Below are positions 48,545 to 61,740 of a stretch of DNA of 64,000 nt, one piece after another. Positions within the stretch are counted from its first letter, which is position 1; every line of letters begins with the position of its first letter. Source of the DNA: Hemiscyllium ocellatum (taxonomy: Eukaryota); NCBI RefSeq assembly GCF_020745735.1, contig NC_083448.1:14072006-14136005 (forward strand). The letters run 5' to 3'. The position numbers and the translations under genes were made by a program. The notes under the pieces are model-generated. The model was not told the DNA's origin. It searched no databases and was given only the letters and a program-made list of their open reading frames with translations.

Positions 48545-49412
48545 TGCCATGCATGGGAATAGATCGCAAGTGGTGGAATGGCGATTGGGTAAAACCAAAG
48601 CATTTGTGAAAGCCATATTCAAATACAGTAATCATCTTGTGGCAGATGGAGTTCAATTTAGATAAAGCAAGGTTATGCTGTTTGGAAAAATTAACATGGG
48701 CAGGACTTAAACACTGAATGTTAAGGCCCTGGCGAGTGTTGTCTTGCACAGACCGCGGGATTAAGGTCGATAGTTTCTTGAAAGTTGTATCGCAGGTTGA
48801 CAGGGGACGAAGAAGGCACTTAGCATGCTTGCCTTTATTGGTCACAGCAGGGAGTTGGGATGTCATGTTGCAGCTGTACAGGACGTTGATGAGGCCATTT
48901 TTAGAATACTCCCTGCAGTTCTGATGGCTCTGTTATTTGGAAAATATTATTAGATTGGAAAGGGTGCAGTAAGGATTTACAAGTATGTTACTGGGGCAGG
49001 AGGGTTTGAGTTATAACGAGAGGCTAGATAGGCTGGGATAGGTTGAGGTGTGACCTTATAGAGGTTCACAAAATCATGAGAGGAATACATGAGGTGAGTG
49101 ACAAAGGTCTTTTCCCCATGGTCGGAGAGTTCAAAACTATAGGGCATTTTTTAAAAGGTGAGAGGAGAAAGATTTATACGGGACCTGAGGGGCAACATTT
49201 TCACACAGGGACGGTGGATTGTATGTGCAATGAACTGCTGGAGGAACTGGCAGATGCAACTACAGTACAGCATTTAAAAGTTATTTGTATAGGTATATGA
49301 ATTCAAAAGGTTGAGACGGATATGGGCCAAATGCAGGCAAATGAGACTAGTTTGGGAAACCTGAGAAACCTTGGGCAAGTTGGACTGAAGAGTCATTTTC
49401 TGTGCTGTATGA
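48545..49412 (+). mobile_element. CR1 RT/3' fragment
   Basis: SWDVMLQLYRTLMRPFLEYSLQF and RCDLIEVHKIMRG. Confidence 0.88.
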
Positions 49413-50437
49413 TGCTATCACAATGTTTATGACGAGTGTGAGTTTTGTCAAGCAGACCAGAGTGAACTTCACAGTGAGATTGGTGTGCAGAAGTGTCACT
49501 GGTCCGAACTAGGAAGGAAGATGATTTGTTTAAGAAAGCACAGCATGTGAAGTCTATCTGTACTTTTAGATGGGTTGACGGTGTTTTTACAGATACCCAA
49601 CCGGTTGGGAGAAATGTTTGCCTTATTGCACAATAGTTTGAATGATTTGTGTGAAAATGGATTCCCAGCACAGAGGGGAGTTTTTAATGCCATTTTTACT
49701 TTGATAGGACAATGCGATTATTCAAGACATCTTGCTGATTATCCCAACTAATTACTTCTCTGCAGTTTAAATACATCTTAGCATTTGAATGCATTTGAAA
49801 TTCATCTCTGGCCCTTCAACAATTGACAAGTAGATGTCAGGGAGAGGAAAGCGATTCATATTAAGTATGAAATGATTTTGAAGAAACATGGCATAAATTT
49901 CTGACTGTTGTGCTCTGATTGGTACATGGTGAAAATGGTCGAGTGTGAATTTGTTCAAAGACATTTTGGGCGAAGAGGCTTGGTGAGTAACTTGGCAGGT
50001 GAAGCAAAGCTGAGTTGGTCAACAGAAGCTTCCAGCAGCTGAATGTGGTCGGCTGAATGGTGGGTGGAAATTAACCTGACTAAGACCTCAACTCCTGCAC
50101 TCAGGACAGGAAACAGCAAGTGCAAGAGGGTTCGGTGAATCGGACCCAGCCAGACCTTCAGAACTGATCGCGTGTGTGAGAGACATCCGAATACCATGAA
50201 CTTTCCTGAGGTTGGGTGAATGCTCCTCCACGCACATAGTTTAAAGAACAGTGCACCACCAAGACTATGACGAACGTCGGCTGTTCCCTGCACCATGATT
50301 GGGTGTGGACCATATTGGAATATGCCACAGGATTCAAGTTATGGGATCAGGAGAGGGACACTCAATCCCTCAAGTCTGCCCTGTCATTCAACAAGACATG
50401 CCCCACTCCCTCCATTACCTCACGAACAGTGTCAGCA

Positions 50438-50548
50438 AAAAAAAGCACTGCAAATGCTGGAAACCTGAAACCAATACATAGACCATGTCAGAGAAACTCT
50501 GTAGGTCTGGCAACATCTGTGGAGAGAGAAACAGAGCCAACGTGACAA
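50438..50548 (-). mobile_element. PLE pLTR fragment
   Basis: aggtctggcaacatctgtggagagagaaacagag is shared with 6070-6105, 22880-22915 and 63308-63340. Confidence 0.6.
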
Positions 50549-51423
50549 GCGCAGTGTGATTCCTCAGGTTATGGTATGATGTGATATGTAGACTGTCTGG
50601 TTATAAATTGTTTTGTGGGGTCTGGGTGTGACTGGCTGTTGCTGCATTTCTCCAATTTCTCTCGGACTGAACGAATTGCGAGGGTGAGCACATGCGTGTG
50701 GGCCTGGAGTCACATGTAGGTAGGGTAACTGCCTTGGTGCATTTTGAATCCCCTTTTCCCAGGGCAAGAGCTGGTCTTTAGAGTACATGTGTGTTATTTG
50801 GCATTGAGATGTTACTGATGTGTGGCACCATCACTCCTCCTCCTACCCATCTCCAGCCCTGTCTCACAGAGGGGATATCGTCACCTTTCTCTGGTTGCCT
50901 CCATAGACCTTGTCATTCCTATGTCCTTTCATGCATCTTGACTATCAATGGTTTTAGGAATCATAGCAGGTTGTTTATGTTCTTTGTTCCTTCATGAGCT
51001 GCCTCTCTTTGCTGGCAAAGTCATCACTGTTAGCACATTTCCTGGCTAATTTGTTGAGATACTTGCATGATTATTTCGGAGGACCGTGTGACTGCATGGT
51101 GAACAGAGCTGAAGCTTAATTTGCAGGGCAGGAAATTGAGAGTTTTCCATATAGACCAGTCCAGCTTGCTGTGTGAAAGGACAATGTAGAACAGCTGAAA
51201 AGGGCAGATACCCATTGCTTCGGTTCACTGTGGTTGCAAACAGGGCAAAATAAGACATCAAAGATGATACATGGAAGGCAGTTGCCTCCTGTTTTCACAA
51301 CTCTTGGAATGTCAGAGCTGAGAGGCTCCGAGGTGGAGAGCCATTGTGGAACAGACTGGAAGGTTGGAAGAAATGGTGCAGATAAAATGAAAGGACATTG
51401 AAGACATCAAGATGACAACTGAT

Positions 51424-51713
51424 GGGTGGCACAGTGGTTAGCACTGCTGCCTGACAGCGCCTGAGACCCGGGTTCAATTCCCGACTCAGGCGACAGACTG
51501 TGTGGAGTTTGCACGTTCTCCCCGCGTCTGCGTGGGTTTCCTCCCACAGTCCAAAAATATGCAGGTCAGGTGAATTGGCCATGCTAAATTGCCCGTAGTG
51601 TTAGGTAAGGGGTAAATGTAGGGGTATGGGTGGGTTGCGTTTTGGCGGGTCGGTGTGGACATGTTGGGCCGAAGGGCCTGTTTCCACACTGTAAGTAATC
51701 TAATCTAATCTAA
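51424..51713 (+). mobile_element. HE1-type V-SINE (young)
   Basis: Very similar to 44180-44494. Confidence 0.95.
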
Positions 51714-51964
51714 ACTCAAGGCCCAGCGTGGTGAAGAGAAGACCCTGAGTTTGGAACTGAGAGGAAATGAAAATACATCACAACAAACCTGGACAGTTCA
51801 TTACGTGTTGGGTAGTATTAATGTTCAAGTCATGATGCTCACAGCGTAGAGAGTAACAACTCAGGGTAGTGAGTTAAATACAATGTGGTTAAGAATTAGT
51901 TAAATGTATGTGATTTAATTACTCAAAAAGAATAGCTTATACTGGACTCCAGCTTTGAATGTCC

Positions 51965-52268
51965 TTTTGCCCAGAGGACTCAACATTGAGTTCTCCAGTT
52001 TCAAATAACTTCCCAGCCCCTCCCCATCCCTTCCACTGCTCCCTGCTACCAACCAGATTCATTCCTCCCATTGACCAACCAGGTTGTACCCTCTACCTGT
52101 CTTCACCTATCCCCACTTCACCAGCCTGCCCCCGCCACCCCCTTTATCTGCCATTCCCCCACACCCACCCCTAGCCCTGAAAAAGGGTGATATCTGAAAC
52201 ATTGATATCTCTGCTTCCTGATGCTGCCTGGCTTGCTGTATTCTTCCAGCCTCCCGTCTGTTCATTTT
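51965..52268 (+). mobile_element. PLE 3' end
   Basis: GLNIEFSSFK* C-terminus, pyrimidine-rich UTR, decayed HHR at about 52177-52203. Confidence 0.75.
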
Positions 52269-52690
52269 GCCCATCAAGTCAGTTGATGGAGTTAGTTCAA
52301 GGGTCAACAGCAGTTGAAGAATCAACCACATGACAGTCGACCTGATTTCCCATGTGGGCTCAATCTGGCATGGCTCCAGGTGTTTTTGGAGGGATGTTTG
52401 GCAGAATGATTTTGAAACCAGAGTGATTGGTTTGGTAGAGGGGGCTGGTTGAATTAAATCAATTTTTCCATTCCCATTGTCTTTGTCCTTTGCAACTGTT
52501 TTGTCCTGAGTGCAGAAGCTGCTTGCTCATGGTGGGATGTCAGCAACTGTGAAACATGCGCAAGGTAACCTTCGTGAGTTGTGACTGTGGGTTGAGTTCA
52601 TGGGATAGTGGTGGTAGTGAGTTTTGAGAAGATGTGTAGCTCAGGTTGAGGTTCAGATTGAGCAAACCTACATCCATTGTGATGGTGTTG

Positions 52691-52909
52691 AAAAGGGTGG
52701 CGCTGGAAAAGCGCAGCAGGTCAGCCAGCATCTGAGGAGAAAGAGAGTCGCCGATTCAGGCATAAGCCTTTTATCATCACATTCCTGATGTAGGCCTTCT
52801 GCCTGAAACATCGACTCTCCTGCTCCTCGGATGCTACCTGACCTACTGTGCTTTTCCAGCACCACCCTTTTCAACTCTGACTCTCCAGCATCTGCAATCC
52901 TCACTTTCC
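52691..52909. mobile_element. Palindromic PLE mini-element
   Basis: Arms at about 52687-52775 and 52783-52875. TSD atggtgttg (52682-52690, 52910-52918). Confidence 0.85.
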
Positions 52910-52927
52910 ATGGTGTTGTCTTATTGG

Positions 52928-53525
52928 TGTTAGAGACCAGACCAAACCCCATCAAAATGTATCAAGGAGATAACCTCGACCCTGACTTTTATGTTTTTGA
53001 AAGGCAAGAGTAAGGCGCTGTGTTCCAGATGCAATTCAGTTGACCAAACTACTGACCTTTAATGAGAACGGACTTTATTCTAACACTACAGTTAAAACAC
53101 AAACTGATAAAAAGAGTTGGCATGACTTCAACTTTATCGAAACTTAACAAACTAACATATTATTTAACTACTATTCAACAACGGTTCCAATGTTACAGCA
53201 TCCCATAAGCACACCCTTGGCAAAGGCAAATACAGCAAAACAGACTTCCCTCACTTGCAATCTTCTCCAGTTCAGGAGAAAGAAAAGTCGGAGGCAGCTT
53301 CAACTCCAAAACGCCAAATTCAACAACTGAAAACAAAATTAAAACCCTGAGTCTGTAAGTCCCTGATTCCACCCACTCATGATTCTTTTGTCAAGTTTAA
53401 AATTAACCTCAAAGCTTTGGACTCCGCTTTCTGTGTTGTAGACACCTTGGCACCAGATTTACAACTCGTGTATTCAGAAGAAAGAGGATGGAACAAATCC
53501 CTCTTTAGTATACCTTTTTGTCACA
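52928..53525 (-). mobile_element. Solo LTR-like element
   Basis: tgtta...gtcaca termini. Homologous to the reverse complement of 14858-15456. Confidence 0.6.
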
Positions 53526-53661
53526 TGGGTTATTGTATTTCCCTTGACAGTGAGGGCTAATTAGAAATTCATCTTGCACTTATCATTTGGCCACGAATTT
53601 CCTGAACTGTAGATGGGGGTTTCCTTGGAGATTCAAGCTGTGTTGCCCATTGTAGAAGCAT

Positions 53662-53860
53662 TGAATCACAGCAGTGTGGAAGCAGACCATTTAACCCCTT
53701 GGGCCCACAGTGGCCCTCCAAACCGCATCCCACCCAGACCTACCTATTCTACCCTAATCCTGTAACCCTGCATTTCCCGTGGCTGATCCACACTGCCTGC
53801 ACATGCCTGGGCACGATGGACAATTTAGCATGGCCAAACCACCTAACCTACACAGCTTTG
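53662..53860 (-). mobile_element. HE1-type SINE, 3' half
   Basis: ggacaatttagcatggccaaaccacctaacc. Confidence 0.75.
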
Positions 53861-54354
53861 CACTGATAGCCTGGAAGCATGATAGACTGTCAATTGGCTT
53901 TGGTAGGATTAAGGCAGATTCTTTAGGTGCTGGATTCTTAAGACAGAAATTTTCAGCAGCTACATTTAAGGAGTATCTCGGGACTCCTAGAGACGTGTGG
54001 GCAATGTTTGGTGAGAAAAAGGATTATGCTCAGCTAGGATACTGACACATTTGAGAAGCCTGCCAATCAGAGTTGAGTCCTGGAGCCTGTCGATCAGAGC
54101 TCGAGCATCACACCAAAGAGAGGAATAGTGGAGAAAGTCTTAGACTTTTAGTGAATTCCCGGTGTTAATTTGTTGGACGCTTGCCAGAGTTTTATACTTT
54201 GGATAATGTATTAATGCAGCTGTTAATGTCATTGTAACGGAGTTGGTCCCCACGTGTTAGTCAGCATGATTCTCCAAGGAGACAATGTGGGGTACTGCCA
54301 GTATTAATAGCTCCTCACGGGGAATTGTAACATAAACAAAGCTCTCACAGTTGA

Positions 54355-54492
54355 GAACCATATCAGCTCCTGAAGAAGGGCTCACGCCCGAAACATCGAT
54401 TCTCCTGCTCCTTGGATGCTGCCTGACCTGCTGCACTTTTCCAGCAACACATTTTCAGCTCTGATCTCCAGCATCTGCAGTCCTCACTTTCT
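54355..54492 (+). mobile_element. Monomeric PLE pLTR mini-element with HHR
   Basis: CTGAAGA-a-gggc-tcac-gccc-GAAAC-ATC at 54370-54397. Perfect TSD tctcacagttga (54343-54354, 54493-54504). Confidence 0.88.
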
Positions 54493-54619
54493 TCTCACAG
54501 TTGATTGACAATCATGCCGTCACATATTGAGTGCTACTACCTGTTAGATACTTAAATGTTGGAAGGTTGTTGAGGGTTTATGGGCATCTAGAGTCATCAA
54601 GTTAGCCCTGGTTAAAAGA

Positions 54620-55085
54620 ATGATGTGTTGACAATGGAGGGGGTCTGAAGAACAAGTTCACAAGAATGATTCTCGGGATGAAGGAATGGTTGAGAACTCG
54701 GAGTCTGTACTCAGGGTTCAGAGGAATGAGGGGCGGACCTGACTGAAACTGAATACTGAGAGACTGGATGGAGTCTCCACTAGTCAGGGAGTCTTGGACC
54801 TGAGCCTCAGAGTGAAGGGACAACCATTTAGAAATGACTTGAAGAATTTCTTCAACCAGAGGGTGGCGAATCCGTGGAACTCATTGCCATCGAGGGCTGT
54901 GGAGGCCAAGTTGTGGAGTGTATTTTCGACAGCGATAGTGAGGTTCTCGATTGGTAAGGGAATCAAAGGTTATGGGGAGAAGGCAAGAGAATGGGGTTGA
55001 GAACCATATCAGCTGTGATCCATCAGTGGAGCAGATCTGATGGGCTGAATGGCCTAATTCTGTTCCTTGATCTTATGGCCTTCTG
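54620..55085 (+). mobile_element. CR1 3' fragment
   Basis: NFFNQRVANPWNSLPSRAVEA...KGIKGYG. Confidence 0.88.
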
Positions 55086-55121
55086 ATCTTGTAAGATGGT
55101 GGAGCAGACATGAGGTTTGAG

Positions 55122-55254
55122 TGAGGAGAAAGTGAGGACAGCAGATGCTGGAGACCAGAGTTGAAAAGTGTGGTGCTGGAAAAGCGCAGCAGGCCAGGCA
55201 GCATCTGAGGAGCAGGAGAATCGACGTTTCGGGCATAAGCCCTTCTTCAGGAAT
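55122..55254 (-). mobile_element. Monomeric PLE pLTR mini-element
   Basis: Reverse complement of the 54369-54492 type. Confidence 0.85.
55219..55254 (-). ncRNA. Minimal hammerhead ribozyme motif
   Basis: Reverse complement: attc-CTGAAGA-a-gggc-ttat-gccc-GAAAC-GTC-gatt. Confidence 0.78.
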
Positions 55255-56302
55255 GACTTCAGACAACACTCGCAGGAGCGTGCAAGGTAAAAAGCTAATG
55301 CAAAACTAAGAACCAAAACAAAAGACAGAGCACTCAGGGAACAGCACTGACACACACAGCAAGATCCCACCAACAGATGTGAGATTGTTTTCGTTTGCAA
55401 TGTCTCAAGGAACGTTGGTTGAGGAGGGTAAATGATAAATGAAATTGATAACTTCTTTCAGCACTGGTGTAGCACATTGTCAACCTGAAACAACTGACCT
55501 TAACCACAGTTTCACATGCAACTGAAAGGATCATAAAGCCAGCATTGAATTGGTCCTGTGTCTTAGTGACACCATACTTTATGTACTGAAAACCCGGAGG
55601 GAGGGGAAAGGGGATAGGGAGGTAAATGAGGTCACAATCTTTGGGCTCTCATGCAACAAAATTGCCTGGTGAGCCATGAACACAGACAAATGCACGTTCC
55701 AACCATTGCTAGCTCAGCTCACATAGCTCCATGTGTAAATCCAGTTTGAGATCTCACAAACGTGTTCAATGTCTCGTTGCTCCAATTCTTTATTTCCCCT
55801 TTAAATAAATAAGTATAGGTTAAAAACTTGCTTTTCACTCGGTTAAAATTGTTGTTTGTGTCCTTAATGTTGTGTCTCCATTTGACTTGAATCATTACGT
55901 GTTTTACAACGATGAAAATCTCACTCCATCGGGATCCCCCGAGTGCAGTTGTCCAAGAATGCCTCAAACGAATAAATGGCATTTCATATGCACATAACAC
56001 TGAGTCAAAACCACATACTGATGCATCAAATATTAATGGCTGAGAAAATACTGCCCTCCCTCTCTTTTGAAAGATTGGAAAATAGTCCAAAAGAAAAGTG
56101 CTGTGCAGGAAATTTTGAACTTGGTAAAATGTTTGTTTTCGGTGTTTTTTTTTGAACAGATGTGTTTTTTGTGTGAACATGTAGTTTCCTGATGTTTCAT
56201 ATTTCATGTCTAAATTCAAAAAGTGGCAACAGTAATGGTGAATTTGTTTATATTCTGGTAGGACATTGGCAAAATATTGACATTGAGCTGTGCTTTGGTG
56301 GG

Positions 56303-56479
56303 GTCGAAGAGTGTGGTGCTGGAAAAGCACAGGCAGTATCCGAGGAGCAAGAGAGTCGACGTTTTGAGCATAACCTTTTCACGAAACGTTGATTCTCCTG
56401 CTCCTTGAATGCTGCCTGACAGGCTGTGCTGTTCCTGATCGACCCTGATCTCCAGCATCTGCGGGGCTCACCTTCTCTC
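56303..56479. mobile_element. Palindromic PLE mini-element
   Basis: Arms meet within HHR stem II at about 56370-56382. TSD tgctttggtggggtc (56291-56305) / tgttttgttggggtc (56480-56494). Confidence 0.75.
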
Positions 56480-56639
56480 TGTTTTGTTGGGGTCAAGTCT
56501 GAGATGATCTGATCCCCAACAGAGCGTTGGCACAGGAGAAGCCATTCCACTCGGCACTGATTCCAGCCCAGTCAGAAAGCGTGGCTTGAAGCTCCCCTCC
56601 AGGGATCTGGGCACACCCTCGGGGGTCCTGCAGTCCCTG

Positions 56640-57420
56640 CCTTCTCAGGAACAAGACTAGGAAGGTCAGTGGGGCAGCGGGATCTTGGGTGCTTGTCCAA
56701 AGGTCCTTTGAGGTGGCAAGACAGGTCAATGGCGTCACTGAGGCAGCATTTCCCTCTATCCAGAGTGGCAGAGAGGCTATGTCGGAGCTGAGGAAAACTT
56801 TGCATCCCTTTCAGCTGGAGTGCTGTGTGCAGTTCTGGTCACCACATGAGAGGAAGGCTGTGATTGCACTGGAGGGGATGCGGAGGAGACTGAGCAGGAT
56901 ACTTCCTGAGCTGGAGCATTCTCACGATGAAGAGAGGCTGGACGGGCTCAGGCTGCTATCTTCAGGGTGGTGAGAGCTGAGGTGTGGAAACTGTTGGAGG
57001 TGTCTAAGGCTATGACGGGCATGGACTGGGTGAGTGGGACACAGCTGTTCCCCTTTGTTGAAGGGTCACTGCCAAAGTGGCATAATCTTAAGTTGAAGGG
57101 AAGGGGGTTCGAGCAAACTTGTTTTCACCCAGAGGTGGTGAGAATCTGGAATGCACTGCCTGGGAGGACAGTAAAGACTGGAATCATAGAATCATACAGC
57201 ACAGAACAGGCCTCTCAGCCCATCAAGTCTGTACTGCTAGAAATGCACTACTGCCTACTTTCCTGCACAAGGCCCATTACCTTGAATGTAATGGTACAAT
57301 GTGACAGCGTTGAAAAGGCAACTGAAATATCATAACGTTCAAGGATGTGGGCTCAGTGCCGTGTAGGGCGGAACAGACCTGATGGGCCAAATGGCGTCTT
57401 CTGTGCTGCATGAGTGTGTA
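56640..57420 (+). mobile_element. Old CR1 RT/3' fragment
   Basis: QLECCVQFWSPH...ALEGMRRRLSRILP. A small inverted CR1 tail is inserted at about 57180-57300. Confidence 0.8.
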
Positions 57421-57847
57421 TCATTGTTCGGTTTCAAACCCCCATCCGACCAGGTATGATTGTACAACCATAACTTGGAAAGAGAGCTGCTCAAGAGTTC
57501 CACTTGGCGCATACTTCTCTTTCATAAAACGTTTGAAACCAAGTCAGGTTGTTTGCTGGTTAGTGTTTGTGGGACTCTCTGTTGTGCACTAAATGGCTGC
57601 TTTATTTCTTCTATTACAAGAGTGACGACAGTTCAGAGAGTATTTCCTCCATGCTTCAGGATATTTTGAATGCTAACTGGATCTGTGCATGAAAAATCAC
57701 AATGATCCTTTTTTGATACGGCTCTGCCTCCAACTGTGACGGGGCATAGCCTTCCAGTCCTCTGCCTGCTTGATATACAGAATATATCTGCATGCACCAT
57801 CCTTTGAAATCTTTAATATGATGTAAACTCTATGATTTATATATTCA

Positions 57848-58115
57848 GTGGCCCCGCGTGGCCTCAGCGTGGATGTCCAGCCTCAAGATGATTCCAGAGT
57901 GGTCTCCCAGCATTGAGGTGATGCCTGTTGCAACCTGGAGTCATGGCCTGGTACAGACTAAAGGCTAGGTGCTGGCATGAACTGGGTTGGATGGATTGTA
58001 ACTCTGGAGGTCTTATTTCTTTACTTTTCTAGTTTGGTACCTAAATTGGCACCGTAAGTGGCGACTCATAGACTTTTCACTGTACTACACGTGACTGTAA
58101 AGCTAATTATGATTC
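57848..58115 (+). mobile_element. Non-autonomous element with a Rex1/Babar-like tail
   Basis: Ends cttttcactgtactacacgtgactgtaaa, similar to 5875-5910. Confidence 0.45.
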
Positions 58116-58353
58116 TTCATATTATTTGAGAAAACTTGGTTGAGTAATTGAAATGTGATAACGTTCAAGGCTATCGGCCAAATGTTGATAAGTGGGATTA
58201 GTGTAGGTGGATCGTCACAGACTCAATGGGCCGAAGGTCCTCGTATGTGCTGTGTTGCTCTGTGAATCTGTTGTGAGTTTGTTTTTCTTTTGATTTTGCA
58301 TTCGTCACAGGTGGGTTTTCCACATGTCTGAAGTTAATAATTGCAAAAGCCTC

Positions 58354-59519
58354 TGTAGCCATGGTGATTTCTTTGAAAGCGGCTTTTGAGACCTGGTTTC
58401 AGAAACAACGGATTTTTGTTCACCTCACAGTGTTTTCCAGCAAAGAAACATCAGTCATGCCAAAGAGTTCTGGCATTTGTTTCTTTTCAAACTGAAGGGA
58501 ATTTTTAAAATTTAGTTTGCTTAAGACTTTGGAGCAGTGCTGAGAAATACTAGGAATAACCTGACTGTATCCGCCAGTGCTCCTGAGAGGGGCGTGAACT
58601 TGATTACCTTGGAGGAGATAGTAAGTGTTAGTTTCAGATTGGTATGTTGGGATTAAACTTTGAAGAGTTTGCTTAAAGCTAAGTGCATTAAAGATCAGGT
58701 GCAATCCAGGAGGAAGCTCTCTGTAGTTCCACTGTACAAGTTGAAGTCATAAATGACTGAAAACTGTCAAGGTGTTAGAGAAAAGTACTTTGGTCTGAAT
58801 ACAAAATGAACAGAGATTTCAGACATTATACGAGGTATGTTTTCGGTGCAATGCAGAAGGTGCTGCTTTTCTTGTAAATTTGTGAGGAATGATTTGCAAT
58901 TTTACTGCATGCATCAATATGTGGCACGGCGGCTCAGTGGTTTGCACTGCTGCCTCACAGCACCAGGGACCTGGGTTCAGCTCCAGCCTTGGGCAACTGT
59001 CTGTGTGGAGCTTGCACATTCTCCTGTGTCCGTGTGGGTTTCCTCAGGGTCAGCTGGTTTCCTCCCACAAGTGCAAGTTAGGTGAATTGGCCATGTTAAG
59101 TTGCGTGTATTCTCCAGGGATGTGCAGGCTAGGTGGATTAGTCATGGGAAATGCAGGGTTACAGGGACAGGAGAGGGGGATGATTCTGGGTGGGATGTCC
59201 TTTCGGAGGGTTGGTGTGGACTATTTGAGCCAAATAGCCTGTTTCCACACAGTGCTGAATTGTATGGTTATTCGTATTTGTATAACGAATATTTGTATTT
59301 GAAAATATTTGTATTTGTGCTGCAAGAATGATTCTTTTTTATCTTCACTTGTTTTGGTCATTAACTTCTGTTTTGTTATAACAAAGTATGCAGATTTGCA
59401 TGCTTATGGTTCAGTGATGTTCCACTTTGTTAAAACCAAAACCAAATATGATCAATCAAGCCCAGCTTTCAGTCTGGCATCTGTCTTGTCCAGTGAGAAT
59501 GTCAGCGGTCATCATGACA
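58354..59519 (+). mobile_element. Possible solo LTR interrupted by an HE1 SINE
   Basis: tgta...catgaca termini and LTR-like composition, but no clear TSD. Confidence 0.35.
58921..59255 (+). mobile_element. HE1-type V-SINE
   Basis: Head, core and tail present. Confidence 0.9.
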
Positions 59520-60434
59520 GTAACCTGAACAGTACAATTCCGATGATATTGACACAGGTCTGGGATTCTCAGGTGTGCTCCATCCTTCTCTCTGAAGAAA
59601 GAAAGTATGTGTTTCAGACTAACACTGTGGAACATGTATGTGATGATAAAGTGATCTGCACAGAATCTAAGTCTTCACTTTTTTTCTCTCACTGAATCCT
59701 TTATGGAACCCCACAAGCACCTCATGCATCAAAAGCTGCTTCTTATTTTGAAATATTACCACCTCATTTATCCTTATCTCTGTGCAAGTCTACTTCTGAA
59801 AATCATGTGTCCTGTCAATTCCAATTTCTTCCACTTCAACTTGGGTAGAGCAAGACCCCACCACAGCATTGCTGTGAAAGAAATATGGGATCAAGTGAAG
59901 GCCACTTGGCCTTCCGAACCTGCTCCATCATTCAATAAGGTCATGGCTGGTCTGATGTTAACCCCAACTTCCACATTCCTGCATACCCACCCACCCTCCC
60001 CCAAACAACACCCCTAGTTTTTCATCCTCGCGGCCATCGAGATACCATGTAGTCTGTTCACTGGATGTAGATGTCCACTTGACAGGGTAGGTGAAGCCAC
60101 GATAGAGTGTACTGTCGTCAGAAACCATGAAACTGGAAATGATGGTCCTTGTCTGAACTGGAGTCACACACTGAGGGATGGAAGATGAGTTCAGACCAGT
60201 CCCATTATTTCCCGGTTCCAGTAGTCTTTCCTTGGTGACACTTGGTAAACATCTACCTATGCTGTGGGTGTCGGCTTGAGAAGATTCAAAACCAACTGAC
60301 ATGATTGGGGGTGGGGTGGGGGGAATGAAGCTGTTGTTTCTTGCTTAACTGCTATGTCTTTTCAGACTTAAAAATCTGTTTTGGCAGTATTAATGGTTAA
60401 ATGTTGACAGTGCCTCCTTGAAATTTCCCTCCCT

Positions 60435-61005
60435 TGCATGATGGAATTGGGACATCACATTGCAGCTGTGCAGGACATTGGTGAGGCCACTTTTGGAAAG
60501 CCGTGTTCAGGTCAGGTCACCCTGCTGTAGGAAGGATGTTGTTCAACTAGAAATGGTTCAAGGATGTTGTCAGGAGTGGAAGGTTTGAGTTTTGAAGAGG
60601 TGCTGGATATGCTGGGACATTTTTCCCTGGAGTGTCGGATGCTGAGGGCTGAACTTCTCGAGGTTTACAAAATCATGGATAGGATGAACTGACAAGGTCT
60701 TTTTCCCAGGTTATAGGAGTCCAAAACTAGAGACCAGATCTTTAAGGTGTGAGGGGAAAAATTTAAAAGGTACCTCAAAGACACCCTTATCATTGAGGCT
60801 GTTGGGTGCATGGAATGAGCAGCCAGAGGAAGTGATGGAGGTGGATGCAATTATTAGGTGTAAAAGACATTTGGGCAGATACGTGAATAGGAAAGGTTTA
60901 GCTGGAAGCATCTGCAGGCAAATGGGATGAGTTCAGTTGGGGGTACCTGGTCAGCATGGACAAGTTGGACCATGGGTCTGTTCCTGTGTCGCATTACTCT
61001 TTGAC
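60435..61005 (+). mobile_element. CR1 3' fragment
   Basis: Collinear with 41100-41700. Confidence 0.85.
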
Positions 61006-61019
61006 TTGAGTGTGTGCCA

Positions 61020-61325
61020 TTTTCAAGATGCATTGCAATGACCCACCAAAGCTTCATTGGCAAGCTGCCAAACCAGCCACCTCAAAGGGTGAGGGCATGG
61101 TGTCTGTGGGAATGCCATCACCTCGGAGTGCCTGTTGAAGCCACACACCAGCCTGACTTCAAGGTGTATCGCCATTCCTTCAGTGCAGGATTGCAACCAT
61201 AGAGCTCTCTGTCTAAAAGCACAGTGGGTCAACTGAGACCACATGGAGAGCAATACCTCAGTACCTGAGAAACACAGTCATGGATGGGAAATAATTGCTG
61301 ACCTCGCCAACAATTCTCATTTTCA
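61020..61325 (+). mobile_element. CR1-clade family B 3' end
   Basis: aagccacacaccagcctgactt..tatcgccattccttca. Tail shared with SINE family B. Confidence 0.6.
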
Positions 61326-61374
61326 AAAGTTATTAGATGAAGCAGTGAAAATAAAAATTCAAAAATGGGTGGTT

Positions 61375-61740
61375 AACAGAGGAACAGGAGTGGCCTATTC
61401 ACGCTGCTCGAGCCTGTTCTGTCATTTAATGAGGTAATGGTTAATCTCAGATTATCTGCCTTTGCCTCATGTTCTTTTTTTTTGCTTAATAGAATTTCCC
61501 CCTTTCAGATTTAAAATTCACAACTGATCCATCATCCACTGCCATTTATGGAAAAGAGTTCAAAACCTCTATCACCCTTTGTGAGCACAAATGCTTCCTA
61601 ATGTCTCTACAGGATGGTCTGGCCCAAATTCTCAGACTCAGCTCCCTCGTTGAACAATCCCCAATCAGTGGCTTGAAGTCCTCTGTTATTTCCTATCACA
61701 TCTTGCAGACTTGGATCAGATCTCCCCCGAACCTACTAAT
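61375..61740 (-). mobile_element. CR1 3' fragment
   Basis: Reverse complement of the CR1 RT C-terminus and UTR. Confidence 0.7.

Noticed and set aside
55719-56330. 203-aa minus-strand ORF
   Set aside because: Starts inside a PLE repeat and runs through AT-rich DNA with no recognisable motif
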